Assembly: GCA_951406725.2 (NCBI GenBank) | Contig: OX597831.1 | Location: 73,284,001-73,348,000, forward strand | Reading direction: 5' to 3' | DNA length: 64,000 nt | Origin: Octopus vulgaris | Taxonomy: Eukaryota | Shown: positions 1 to 12,059 of the stretch, in pieces | Layout of the letters: every line of letters starts with the position of its first letter | Numbering within the stretch: position 1 is the first letter of the stretch | The notes under the pieces: model-generated | What the model was told of the DNA's origin: nothing | Database searches by the model: none | The model's input: only the letters and a program-made list of their open reading frames with translations | Program-made: the position numbers and the translations under genes

Positions 1-487
1 AATCATTACGGCGGAAATGAACCGTTACGCTAAACGTAAACAAAGCGAAAGAAAGGATAGTTTGTTATTTCCCACAACCTTAAATGAAATTAAGGCCTAT
101 TTTGCCATAAATATTATTATGGGTATCAGAAAGTTACCCAGAATAACAAATTCTATCGTAAAATTTTGTTGTATACCCAACTGAATATTAGTTGTATACC
201 CAACTGAACATTTTCTATAGCGATGTTTGAACAAAATTTTAATAATTTTATACTTTGTTGAATTTACCTGTATCTACGTGCAATTAGAGTCACTTTGTGA
301 CAAAAATTATAGTATAGAATTGGTTGAGAACATTTCATTAAATTATCTTCCAAAATTCACGTTAATATATTGATAAATAAAAAAGTTATAGTTGTTTAAT
401 GAAACCAGACTAAATTTATGATTACGTTAGAAATTAATTGAAACACATAAGGGGTGTATTTTGGTCAGAAATATAGTAACGAAAGGG
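1..487 (+). mobile_element. Right part of an internally deleted piggyBac element
   Basis: Encodes IITAEMNRYAK...PTTLNEIKAYFAINIIMGIRKLP (piggyBac transposase N-terminal region). Ends in TIR GTAACGAAAGGG plus TTAA (488-491). Near-identical to the inverse of 41614-42090. Confidence 0.9.
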
Positions 488-1152
488 TTAAGCCGATTAC
501 ATCGACCCTCAGTGCGAAACAGGTACTTTATTTAATCGACCCCGAAAGGATGAAAGGCAAAGTTGACCTCGGCGGAATTTGAACTCAGAACGTAACGACA
601 GACGAAATACCGCTAAGCATTTCGCCTGGCATGCTAGCCTTTCTGCCAGCTCGCCGCCAAATATAAAAAATTAAATTGAGAGAGAAAAAAATTCCCCCAT
701 AACTATCTTACTAGGGAAACCCAAAAAAAGGGGTGGTGGTGGTGAAAATGCTGCAGCAGCAGATGGTGGGGTGGAGTAATGAGTTACATACCCAAGAACA
801 AATGTTGTGGTTAGCCATGTCATGCAGACAGGATTGCCACAGAGAATGGCCAGTGACACTGCAACAGCCATCCTGCCTTGCTGCGCTCATTTCTCAGATA
901 GGCTGCAGTTATATTCTGATTTTGAGGGGGGAAATTTGTGGTGTGGGGTTCGAGTGCATCTGAGGTCTCGACAGTGACTGATACAAGCTGATAGCGCCCA
1001 GTCAAGTTGCTGTCTTTGTTCATCTTTCTTTCCTCTGTATTATGGATAATGATACCTGGGTTTGCTTCTGATGCAGCAAGGTTGGAATCAGGGTACATGT
1101 CACAGTACATCATGTCTCAGATTAGGGATCTGCCTTCCTTATATGAGAAGAG

Positions 1153-1380
1153 TGGCGAGCTGGCGGAATCGTTAGCACGAAGGGCAAAATGCTTAGCAGT
1201 ATTTCGTCTGCCGCTACGTTCTGAGTTCAAATTCTGCCGAGGTCGACTTTGCCTTTCATCTTTTTGGGGTCGATTAAATAAGTACCAGTTACGCACTGGG
1301 GTCGATATAATCGACTTAATCCATTTGTCTGTCCTTGTTTGTCCCTTCTGTGTTTAGCCCCTTGTGGGTAGTAAAGAAAT
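1153..1380 (+). mobile_element. tRNA-derived SINE family A; copies also at about 492-660(-), 12845-13045(-), 14375-14760(+, tandem pair), 23319-23549(+), 24388-24618(-), 26589-26820(+), 29400-29610(-), 44413-44645(-), 48143-48290(-)
   Basis: Repeated GGCGAGCTGGCAGAA...GAGTTCAAATT (B-box)...GCCTTTCATCCTTTCGGGGTCGAT...AAGTACC, which resembles the MetaSINE central domain. Clear TSDs include AATATTAAGTAACACTGCC (23298/23550) and TGCTGTAATATACC (44399/44658). Confidence 0.9.
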
Positions 1381-3581
1381 ATATATGAGAAGAGGGTTAT
1401 TCTGTCAGGGCACTTACCTTCTCTGTGGTCAAGACCTACAGGCTCTGGTTGTAATGCAAAGCCATCTGTGTCGAGAGAGCCCTTATGTCATTCAGAGTGG
1501 TGTGTCATAAACCCGTCCACACTCTGGCTACAAGATAATGAATGCAGGCTGACTCCATCGACTACCGTGGGTATCTTCTATTGTACCTTTTGGCAGATCA
1601 ATGCCCTGCGAGTGAATTTGGTTGATGGAAATGGGGTAGGAGCCTGTTGTATGTATATGTGTTTGTGTCTGTTTTGTCACCTTGCACCACTTGACAAGCG
1701 GTGTTGGTTTGTTTACATTCCTGTAATGCAGTACCATACATTAAGGAAAAAGAAATACCCAATTTGTTTGACTGAAACCCTTCAAGGGGTGGGGAGGGGG
1801 TCAAAATGGCAAGCACCTGGGCTGTGCATGTTCAGTACAGGAAATTAGGTCTTTCTTTGTTGTAGAAATAGCCATGTTTCTAAAGTGGGTTCCAATCTGA
1901 AGAATTACACACAGCATGGGTAGTGGGAGGTGGGGATTCCTATCCAATTTAGGTTGATTGCAAATCACTTTTTTAATTTGCCCTTCCCCTCAAACTTGAA
2001 TTTTGCCACATGTGCACTTCTCATGCATGGACAGGCTACATGTGTTAATTTGTTATTTTGTTTCAGTAGTTAGACTGCGGCCATGCTGGGGCACCACCTT
2101 GAATTTTAGTCAAATAAATCAGCCCCAGGATTTGCTTTTTTCGTTAAGCCTGGTACTTATTCTAATGGTCTCTTTTTGCCAAACAGCTAAGTTATATGGA
2201 TGTAAACACACCAACACTGGTTTTCAAGAGTGGGGAACAAACACTGGTGCAAAAGCACACACACACACGTTGGACTTCTTTCAGTTTCTTTCTGCCAAAT
2301 CCACCCACAAGGCTTTTGGTCAGCCCAAGGCTATAGTAGAAGACATTTGCCCGAGGTGTTGTGCAGTGGGACTGAACCTGGAATCGTCTGGTTGGGAAGC
2401 AATCTTCTTACCACGCAGCCATGCCCGTGCCTATATAGCTAATAGCCAAAGGTCTTGCTTCTTTCTCTTTCTCATTAAGAATTATAATTTGATAATTAAT
2501 ATTCTGTTTGTAGAAATATGGTAACAACTTGATTTCCCATAGTTTGATCTTTACACAAAGGATTTTGGTATTTCTTTCTCTTTCCCCTCTCAGCCCTCAC
2601 TGGTCCCTCTCTCTTTGTGTCTCTCTTCTCACTCACCTCTCAATCTCTCTTTTCACTTGCTCTCCTCAAAACCCTCTTTTTGTCTCCACTTGCTCATCTC
2701 TTCTTCTCTTGTCTTTCCCCTCACTCATACCTCTTTCTTTATGCCTACTTGTCTCTCTCTCTCTCTCTCTCTTTCATCTTCCACTCAAAAGTCTCTCCCT
2801 TTTCTCTTACCTTTCCTCAGATTTGTCTTGTCTTTTAATCTCTCCCTTTCACCTCATACCACCCTTTCCCCCCTCTTGGTTTCCTCCCCCATTTTCTCTC
2901 CTTCCTTTCTCGCTTCACTCTTCCCGTCTCTACAATCTCTTCACTTGTCTCCAATTAACAACTTAATAGTCTTGACTACTTTCCTACCAAAGCCACCATT
3001 ATTAATCAGTTAGTAATTTAATTACAATACTAATTTAATGATGGAGCTGTGGCCAGAAAGTATCTTGTTAATTAATTACTAAACATTCCCTGTATGTATA
3101 GTAATTAATTTACTGTGTGTGTGTGTGTTGAAGTCAATGAATTACAAATAGAATTATAGAAAGCCTAAAACTTGTATGCAATGTATTGAATGTCCGTCCT
3201 CCCCAGTTCTCTCTTTAAATGGTGGTAAAACAGTGGAACAGTATCGGTGATAGGTGTGGCATTGGAATTTTTTAAAGGAAAGGTTTTATTTGAAAGCACT
3301 TGATTGAAGTATGTTTTTTCTGCTTACCTCATTGTTCTTACAAGGTCACAGCCTGTGTATTGATAATTGCGTTAAGGGTGTGGGATCTTATCTACCATAT
3401 CCCATATATCTTATCGGGGGTGTGCTGTGACTCTGTTGACCTACATTTTCAGATGTGAGTTATACCTACACCTGGGTAAAAAGATTACACTATAACTTTA
3501 AAGGTCTCCCAACTTTCTAGTGGATTTCGTAGACAGAGACCAAAAGAATTAAACTGATTTGTGTGTGTGTATATATATATT

Positions 3582-3643
3582 CCGATGATCTACGGACATT
3601 TATGCAAGTAAACTTACGTAATATGTTAATAGTGAAACATGTC
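3582..3643 (+). ncRNA. Partial hammerhead motif (CCGATGA core)
   Basis: CCGATGA-TCTA...TAGT-GAAA-CATG-TC; palindromic CATG loop and GUC site. The 5' strand of stem I is lost at the (TA)n junction. Confidence 0.45.
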
Positions 3644-3785
3644 TGCGAAGAATCCATATTTTTATTGCTTTTCCTTTTGTCTTGCTCGATTACGTTTTGG
3701 TTGTTTGGCTAAATTTTTCTTGAGTGGTAAGACCATAGCGGATCTATTTCTAGCATAAGGGTGTCCACATAGTGGTTTCCCTCTA

Positions 3786-3827
<42 letters not shown>

Positions 3828-3829
<2 letters not shown>

Positions 3830-4021
3830 TCATCATCATCATCATCATCATCATCGTTTAACGTCCGCTTTCCGCGCTAGCACGGGTTGGACGGTTTGAC
3901 CGGGTCTGGGAAGCCAGGGGCCGCACCAGGCTCCAGTCTGAATCTGGCAGAGTTTCTACGGCTGGATGCCCTTCCTAACGCCAACCACTCCGTGAGTGGA
4001 TTGGGTGCTTTTTACGTGCCA
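3828..4021 (-). mobile_element. Stand-alone RTE 3' tail; others at about 8127-8304(-), 10573-10901(+), 16697-16870(+), 17072-17550(-), 27880-28055(+), 50983-51125(+), 53915-54120(+)
   Basis: Same sequence as the end of the RTE 3' UTR at 20780-20952, ending in (GAT)n. Confidence 0.85.
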
Positions 4022-4559
4022 TATATATATATATATGATGTGTGTGTGTGTGTTTGTCCACCCCCACCATTTGACAACTGGTATTGGTTTGTGACTTAGC
4101 AGTTTGGCAAAAGAGGGTAATAGAATAAGTACCAGTTTACAAAAAGAAACAAACTAAGTACAGAGTCGCTTCATTCAACCACAGCTGTTCAAGATGAAAC
4201 CATCTGGACATTTTGTGGACATTCTGGAAGTCTTGTGAACACATTGGACATTGTGCCAGGTGTGCTGGACATGCTGTTATGGTCATGCTGCTTTTTTAAA
4301 GATCAGCCCTTAGTACAGTTCTATATTTAAGAGATGAGGAATTATGTACATTGTTTACATTTGGCGGATATTTGTCGTCGTCTTTGTTGTTAACACGTTT
4401 CGGCTGAGACGGGAGGAGGAAGTCAACAAAGAGGAGAGGAGAATGACAATGAAGAGGAGAAGAATGATGGAAGAGGATGATGAAGAGGCAGAGGAAGACG
4501 GGGAGAGGAGAAGGATACTTAATATCCAACACTTCAGAAAATGCTCATTAACTCCTCTG

Positions 4560-4607
4560 AGCATGGGCTACTAACCCCAAGATTCCGAGTTCGATTCCAG
4601 GCAGTGA

Positions 4608-4664
<57 letters not shown>

Positions 4665-4790
4665 CATAGAAATATATCTTAGGAACGAGAACCCAGGTTT
4701 GAAATTTCCCCAAGACACCTGATGAAGGCTGGAGGGTATATCAGCTGAAACGTTGTGTTAACAACAAACAAGATGAGGACAAATATCTAT
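4560..4790 (+). mobile_element. tRNA-headed SINE-like repeat with (AAT)n and a hammerhead motif
   Basis: Anticodon-arm-like GGG-CTACTAA-CCC and B-box GAGTTCGATTCC, then (AAT)n, then CTGATGA..GAAA. Other family pieces at 4318-4408(-), 16870-17022(-), and 17027-17072 plus 17552-17630(+). Confidence 0.7.
4714..4759 (+). ncRNA. Minimal type I hammerhead ribozyme motif
   Basis: GACAC-CTGATGA-A-GGCTG(loop)CAGCT-GAAA-CG-TT|GTGTT. Stem I is GACAC/GTGTT, stem II is 5 bp, and stem III is reduced to palindromic ACGT. Confidence 0.7.
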
Positions 4791-5527
4791 CAGCTCTTAA
4801 TATCTAGTAACTTCTCAGTTAGACATTATTACTTTTTTTAACCAAATTGTTTTATAAGTATTAACAGAAATTGACTTTTTCTTTTGAAAATCAGTGAATT
4901 TCATTTGCTCTCTCTCTCTCTCTCTTTCTTTCTCTCTCTTTTCCTCTCTCTTTTCCTCTTTTATCTTTTTGTCATCTTTGTTCTCTTCCCCTCCCTCTCT
5001 TCATATCCTTTTGTTTCTCCCTCACCTTATCACTGATACACCCCCCCTGCTACCACATTTGTTTTCTGCATCAATGGTTCATATCCCTCCTTCTCCCTCA
5101 TATCCATTGAAAGTAGGGTGTGGTGTGAGTCTGGCTACATGTCCACCTGTTTTTGCATAAAGAAGAATTTTCCACATGAATTTCAATAGCCTGAATGGTG
5201 TCCTAAATAACTCAGTCAAGAGATGGACATGTGACTACTATCAGCTCTTAATATCTAGTAACTTCTCAGTTTAGACATTATTCATGCTTTGTTTAGTCTC
5301 AATCCCCATAAAAAAAAACTCTCTTAACAGAAATGTTGCCATCAAGACTGACACATTTCAGAGGAGTTAATGAACATTTTCTGAAGAGATGGGTTATTGA
5401 TTATCTTTCTCTCATCCCTCTTTGTCTTCCTTTTCCTCCTCTTCTTTTGCCATTATTCTCCTCCTCTTCCTTGTCATTTTCCCCTCCATCTCAGTCATTG
5501 TCCTTCCCTTGTTTCCATTGTGTCCCT

Positions 5528-7600
5528 TGGTCGTTATCCTCCCTCATCTCCGTCGTTGTCCTCCACTGTCTCGGTCGTTATCCTCCCCCATCTCGGTCGT
5601 CGTCCTCTGCTGTCTCAGTCGTTATCCTCCCCCATCTCGGTCGTTGTCCTCCGCTGTCTCTGTCGTTATCCTCCCCCATCTCGGTCGTCGTCCTCTGCTG
5701 TCTCTGTCGTTATCCTCCCCCATCTCGGATGTCGTCCTCCGCTGTCTCGGTCGTTATCCTCCCCCATCTCGGTTGTTGTCCTCTGCTGTCTCAGTCGTTA
5801 TCCTCCCCCATCTCGGTCGTTGTCCTCCGCTGTCTCGGTTGTTATCCTCCCCCATCTCGGTCGTTGTCCTCCGCTGTCTCTGTCGTTATCCTCCCCCATC
5901 TCGGTCGTCGTCCTCTGCTGTCTCGGTCGTTATCCTCCCCCATCTCGGTTGTTGTCCTCCGCTGTCTCTGTCATTATCCTCCCTCATCTCGGTCGTCGTC
6001 CTCCGCTGTCTCGGTCGTTATCCTCCCCCATCTCGGTCGTCGTCCTCCGCTGTCTCGGTCGTTATCCTCCCCCATCTCGGTCGTTGTCCTCCGCTGTCTC
6101 GGTTGTTATCCTCCCCCATCTCGGTCGTCGTCCTCTGCTGTCTCGGTCGTTATCCTCCCCCATCTCGGTCGTTGTCCTCCGCTGTCTCTGTCGTTATCCT
6201 CCCTCATCTCGGTCGTCGTCCTCCGCTGTCTCGGTCGTTATCCTCCCCCATCTCGGTCGTCGTCCTCTGCTGTCTCGGTCGTTATCCTCCCCCATCTCGG
6301 TTGTTGTCCTCCGCTGTCTCGGTTGTTATCCTCCCCCATCTCGGTCGTCGTCCTCCGCTGTCTCGGTCGTTATCCTCCCCCATCTCGGTCGTCGTCCTCC
6401 GCTGTCTCGGTCGTTATCCTCCCCCATCTCGGTCGTCGTCCTCCGCTGTCTCTGTCGTTATCCTCCCTCATCTCGGTCGTTGTCCTCCGCTGTCTCTGTC
6501 GTTATCCTCCCTCATCTCGGTCGTTGTCCTCTGCTGTCTCAGTCGTTATCCTCCCCCATCTCGGTTGTTGTCCTCCGCTGTCTCGGTCATTATCCTCCCC
6601 CATCTCAGTCGTTGTCCTCCGCTGTCTCTGTCGTTATCCTCCCTCATCTCGGTCGTTGTCCTCCGCTGTCTCGGTCGTTATCCTCCCTCATCTCGGTCGT
6701 TGTCCTCCGCTGTCTCTGTCGTTATCCTCCCTCATCGCGGTCGTCGTCCTCCGCTTTCTCGGTCGTTATCCTCACCCATCTCGGTCGTCGTCCTCTGCTG
6801 TCTCGGTCGTTATCCTCCCCCATCTCGGTCGTTGTCCTCCGCTGTCTCTGTCGTTATCCTCCCTCATCTCGGTCGTTGTCCTCCGCTGTCTCTGTCGTTA
6901 TCCTCCCTCATCTCGGTCGTTGTCCTCCGCTGTCTCTGTCGTTATCCTCCCTCATCTCGGTCGTTGTCCTCCGCTGTCTCTGTCGTTATCCTCCCTCATC
7001 TCGGTCGTTGTCCTCCGCTGTCTCTGTCGTTATCCTCCCTCATCTCGGTCGTTGTCCTCCGCTGTCTCTGTCGTTATCCTCCCTCATCTCGGTCGTTGTC
7101 CTCCGCTGTCTCTGTCGTTATCCTCCCTCATCTCGGTCGTTGTCCTCCGCTGTCTCTGTCGTTATCCTCCCTCATCTCGGTCGTTGTCCTCCGCTGTCTC
7201 TGTCGTTATCCTCCCTCATCTCGGTCGTTGTCCTCCGCTGTCTCTGTCGTTATCCTCCCTCATCTCGGTCGTTGTCCTCCGCTGTCTCTGTCGTTATCCT
7301 CCCTCATCTCGGTCGTTGTCCTCCGCTGTTTCTGTCGTTATCCTCCCTCATCTCGGTCGTTGTCCTCCGCTGTCTCTGTCGTTATCCTCCGCTGTCTCTG
7401 TCGTTATCCTCCCCCATCTCGGTCGTCGTCCTCCGCTGTCTCGGTCGTTATCCTCCTCCCACCGTCTCGGTCGTCATCCTCCTCCCACCGTCTCGGTCGT
7501 CGTCCTCCTCCCACCGTCTCGGCCGTCGTCCTCCACCCACCGTCTCGGTCGTCGTCCTCCTCCCACCGTCTCTGTCGTCGTCCGCCTCCTCCCGTCTTGG
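5528..7600. repeat. 44-bp satellite (2 x 22-bp subunits, about 43 copies) ending in about five 26-bp units
   Basis: Unit TCGGTCGTTATCCTCCCCCATC+TCGGTCGTCGTCCTCCGCTGTC; terminal unit ACCGTCTCGGTCGTCGTCCTCCTCCC from about 7461. Confidence 0.97.
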
Positions 7601-8473
7601 TCATCGTCCTCCCCCTCATTTCACCACCTGTCATCCTTCACATGGATTTGTTCATTTGGCAGGGAATACCATTGAAAGCCAGATGCAATATGTGCAATTT
7701 TTGCCCCCTCATTTTGATAATGTTTGTATTCTTATCATAGTAACACTAATAATCCTTTCTACAATCAGCTCAAGGCCTGAACTTTAGGAGACTATGGTAG
7801 TCAACTGCATTGGCCCCCATCAACCTCTAATGGATGGCAGGCAAAGTTGACCTTGGTGAGATTTGAACCAGAGCATAAAGATGGATGAAATGCCACCAAG
7901 CCTCTTGTCTGTCAAGGTTGTTGTACTGAGGAGCTTGCTGTTTTATCATTATTAAGTCTTTCTAATTTTGGTACAGGAGGGGGAGGAGGAGGAGCTATGT
8001 TGGCTGATGCCTTATTTTATTGACCCCGGCAGAAATAGAACTGAGAAATTAATGACTCAAAAAATAATACCAAGCATTTTGTTCAAAGCCCTAATAATTC
8101 TGCCAGCCCTCTGCCTTAATAATAATGATCATCATCATCATCATCATCGTTTAACGTCCGTTTTCCGCGCTAGCACGGGTTGGACGGTTTCGACCGGGGT
8201 CTGGGGAGCTAGGGACTGCCCCAGGCTCCAGTCTGGTCTGGCAGTGTTTCTACAGCTGGATGCCCTTCCTAACGCCAACCACTCCGCGAGTGTAGTGGGT
8301 GCTTAATAATAATAATAGTAATAATGGTAATGACAATGATTTCAAACTTTGGCACAAGGCCAACAATTTCGGGTAAGGGGTTAAGTCAATTACATCAACC
8401 CAACTGGTCAACTGGTACTTATTTTATTGATCCAAGAAGGATTTGAAATCAAAACATAAACAACTAGGACTAA

Positions 8474-8517
<44 letters not shown>

Positions 8518-9913
8518 AGAATGCACCTGCTCCTCTCCCTCTGACATAGTTCCTCCGGTCTATACTCTGCTCAGGGTGTCTTATCTTGCAGGTGCTTGGC
8601 ACCCTCACTGGTGTTGGTGCTATGGAAAAAGCAGCCTGTACACTCTGTGAAGAGGTTGGCATTAGGAAGGGCATCCAGCTGTAGAAAACCATGAAGAAGA
8701 CAGCTAGAGCCTGGGGAAGTTCTCTGACTCCTCTATTGTTGTCGAAACATCCAACCCCTGCCAGCAAGGATAAGACATTAAATGATGATGATGATGACAG
8801 AGAAGTTTCTGATGAAATGGTGACAATAAAGTGATTGACAGCCTAAACACACACACACACACACACATGCATACAAAATTATGACACTGGTAAAATTATT
8901 ACAGCAAGTCTGCAGTGATTGTGGTGATGGAGAAAGTGTGGTGGTGGTGGTGGTGGTTAAATGTTTGTAATAGGTCCAACATAAGCAATCTTTGCTTGTC
9001 TTTGAGCCGTTTAGTGTTTAAGAAGTGCCACCTGAAGTGCTGCACATCAGTTCCATTGTCAACATTAAACCAAAACACAATATCACAGCTGACATGTAAC
9101 CACGGACATCGTTCTTTAAACATAAAACACTCTTCATTATTCAGTTGCGTAAATCATCATTCTCTCTACCACCCCACTCCGTCTCTTGTGATATTTTCAA
9201 TGTGTAAGGGTGGCTGTGCTCACACACATGCACACACACACCTTTCCATGTTGTAAAGCTGTCAGCAGATGTGTGAGTTGTTAGTCTTTTTCATTTGTCT
9301 ATGTGTTTGTATACACTGTGTGCATGTTCTGTCTGTCTGTCTGTGTATGTGTGTGTGTGTGTGTATACACTGTGTGTGCATGTTCTGTGAGTGTGTGTGT
9401 GTGTGAGAGAGAGCTGTGCTCTAACATTTCTTAATGTATTTAGCACAACATTTCTTATTGGCCCATTGCCTTAGTAGTTAGGGTGTTTGGCTCCTGAACA
9501 TACAGATGTGGGTTTGGTACCCATACTTGGTGGCACACTGTGGCCTTCAACAACATATTTCATTTCATATTGCCCCAATCTACTCAACTGTAGTTGAATA
9601 CTAGCCTGAAGCAGTGCTGATGCCCTGCCCTGGCTCTCCAACCCTCACACTCTGAATATTCTACTGGTTCAAGGGTGAAGGGGTCAAGTGACTATATGAA
9701 ACAATTAGCAAGAGCATGGTGCATACTGCCAACCCATAGCTGTTCATGAATTGCTCTTGGCTGTACTGCTGTACAGTTATCATGTGTGTTTTTCATGTGG
9801 CACCAGCACAGCTGCTTTCCATGTGGCGCTGGTGTGGCAGCTTTTCATGTGGCACCAGTACAGCTGCTTGTAATGATAGTTTGGGATATATATCTATATA
9901 TATGTGTATATAT

Positions 9914-10160
9914 ATGGAGAAAATATTGTGGATACTTATTTTATTTGTATCACAACAAGAGCCTAGCAGATAGTTTAATAGAAATAAAATTTAAATAAAC
10001 ATGACTTGACATAAAATAAGCATAAAAAGTGCCTACACATGTTTCAATCTGGTCGCCAGATTGAAACGTGTGTTTACTTAAATTTTATTTGTATTCAACT
10101 ATTTGCTATGTTCTTATTGTGATACAAATAAAATAAGTATCCACAATATTTTTTTTCCAT
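9914..10160. repeat. Foldback inverted repeat
   Basis: 9914-10001 is the inverse complement of about 10070-10160; central hairpin ACACATGTTTCAATCTGG-TCG-CCAGATTGAAACGTGTGT. Confidence 0.9.
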
Positions 10161-11017
10161 TTTCTTATATCAATAAATGTAAATTAGACTGTTTATCCTT
10201 ATATATCGAGAGAATTGCCCAATATGTCCATTGATAACACCAGTTGAGTTCCATATTTTATAATCCCTAAGGAGGACATTATATCCTCAAATTAACTGAT
10301 TTATATTTACTTGTATTTATATTCTCTTTTATATATATATTCTACTTATTATACAACATTACTCTTGTATGTACACTTTTTTATGTACATTCCTTTATGT
10401 ACACTGATTTGTTCTGCTTTTTATATTTAACCCTACAGTCTCTTATGTGGTGGTTTAATAAAGTATGTGATTGAGTATTATCTGGTAATTGATATTTGAT
10501 TTAGTTGTATTTCTCCATTTTCTTATATTGTATTAGTAATTTGTGGTAAATCATTTTACCTTTGCCCCTGAATGTGGCCGTTGCCAGTGCCCCGGCTGAC
10601 CTCCGTGCCGGTGACATGTAAAAAGCACCATCCGATCGTGGCTGTTGCCAGCAACACCTGGCCTCCGTGCCAGTGGCACGTAAAAAGCACCATCCGATCT
10701 TGGCTGTTTGCCAGCCTCGTCTGGCACGTAAAAAGCACCCACTACACTCATGAAGGGGTTGGCGTTAGGAAGGGCATCCAGCCTTAGAAACAACGCCAGA
10801 TGAGACTGGGCCTGGTGCAGCCTTCTGGCTTCCCAGACCCCGGTTGAACCGTCCAACCCATGCCAGCATGGAAAGCGGACGTTAAATGATGATGATGATG
10901 ATTATATATATATATATAGTGAATCCAAACAAAGAAGAACAAACAAGAAAAATCAAGACTGTGAGGACATGGTACAAGTACTGCATTATCAGACGCTCAG
11001 GAAAGGAAAGAAAGAGG

Positions 11018-11049
11018 ATTTTATGTTTCGAGTAAAGCTCTTCAGAAAT
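11018..11049 (-). ncRNA. Degenerate minimal hammerhead motif in an LTR-like fragment (10921-11102); related, more decayed copy at about 62960-63125(+)
   Basis: Minus strand ATTT-CTGAAGA-GCTTTACTC-GAAA-CA-TA|AAAT. Confidence 0.4.
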
Positions 11050-12025
11050 AGGGAAAAGTCCAAAGGAAGGGATGACAGAGGAAGAAAATTGCCAACAATA
11101 CACATTTTCTATTTCCATTGCCACCAAACATTCTCCACATTGTCTTAAAAGTTTTATCAAAGTTGAGCTGATAAGGAAACTTCTGTGCAGTTGTTTGACC
11201 TGCTAGAATTAACAGTCAAATACCCCTTTGATCACAACTATTTCCAGTGAAGTGGGATACATTGGAAGGATGCTGTCCTAGATATACAGAAACTTGTACA
11301 TGAACATCATACAGGTGTTTTGCTATAGAGGAGGTAAAGATGGTGGTATGTAGCAGTAATATGTTGAGGGTTGTCGTAATGTAGAGGAGCCAATATCGAT
11401 CAGATATAAAAAAGAAAATTCTTTTTAACTCCAGTGAAGCAGAAATTTTAGCCTCTTGGAGCTGCATGGTGAGCAATTTTCTACTTGGGGAAGCAATTTT
11501 CTACTTCAAACCACAGTTTAGAATTAATTTATCATTTTTCTGTAAGAAACCAGTGAAAGTGTTGCTGTGTTGTGAGAAGGTTGCTTCAAAACCAAATGGT
11601 TCCTGGTTCATTCCCATTGCATGGCACCTTGGACAAGTGTTTTTTTACTATAGTCTCAGGCCAACTAAAGCTTTAGGAGTGGTGGATGGAAACTGAAAGA
11701 AGCCTGTTGTGTGTGTGTTTGTTTGTCCTCAACCACTGCTTGACAATCAGTGTTGGTGTGTAACTTAGTGGTTCAGCAAAAGATACTGATAAAAAAAATG
11801 AGTACTGGGGTCAAATAATTCGACTAAAATTTCTTCAAAGCAGTGCCCCAGAATGGCCATAGTCTAATGATTGAAACAAATAAGAGATACAAGATTAACT
11901 TGGAAAGGTTTTGACTCAGTCGAACCAATGGAAACATTGGTTTTGTTTGTGTTCTGTGGATGGAATGCACTCCTGAATTCAGGTTCTAATCTCTGTTGAA
12001 AGCATTTCATTTATGTTTCAAATAC

Positions 12026-12059
<34 letters not shown>

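Noticed and set aside
5528-7600. CRISPR-like regular array
   Set aside because: There are no unique spacers and no cas genes, and the context is eukaryotic.
5333-7787. Three overlapping ORFs of 772-796 aa
   Set aside because: The 44-bp unit has no stop codon on the + strand, so all three frames stay open and cycle the same peptide; this is a satellite artefact.
8809-8840. Isolated CTGATGA; similar CTGANGA hits near 14965, 47800, 47930 and 62475
   Set aside because: No stem II/GAAA/stem I geometry; such hits are expected by chance.
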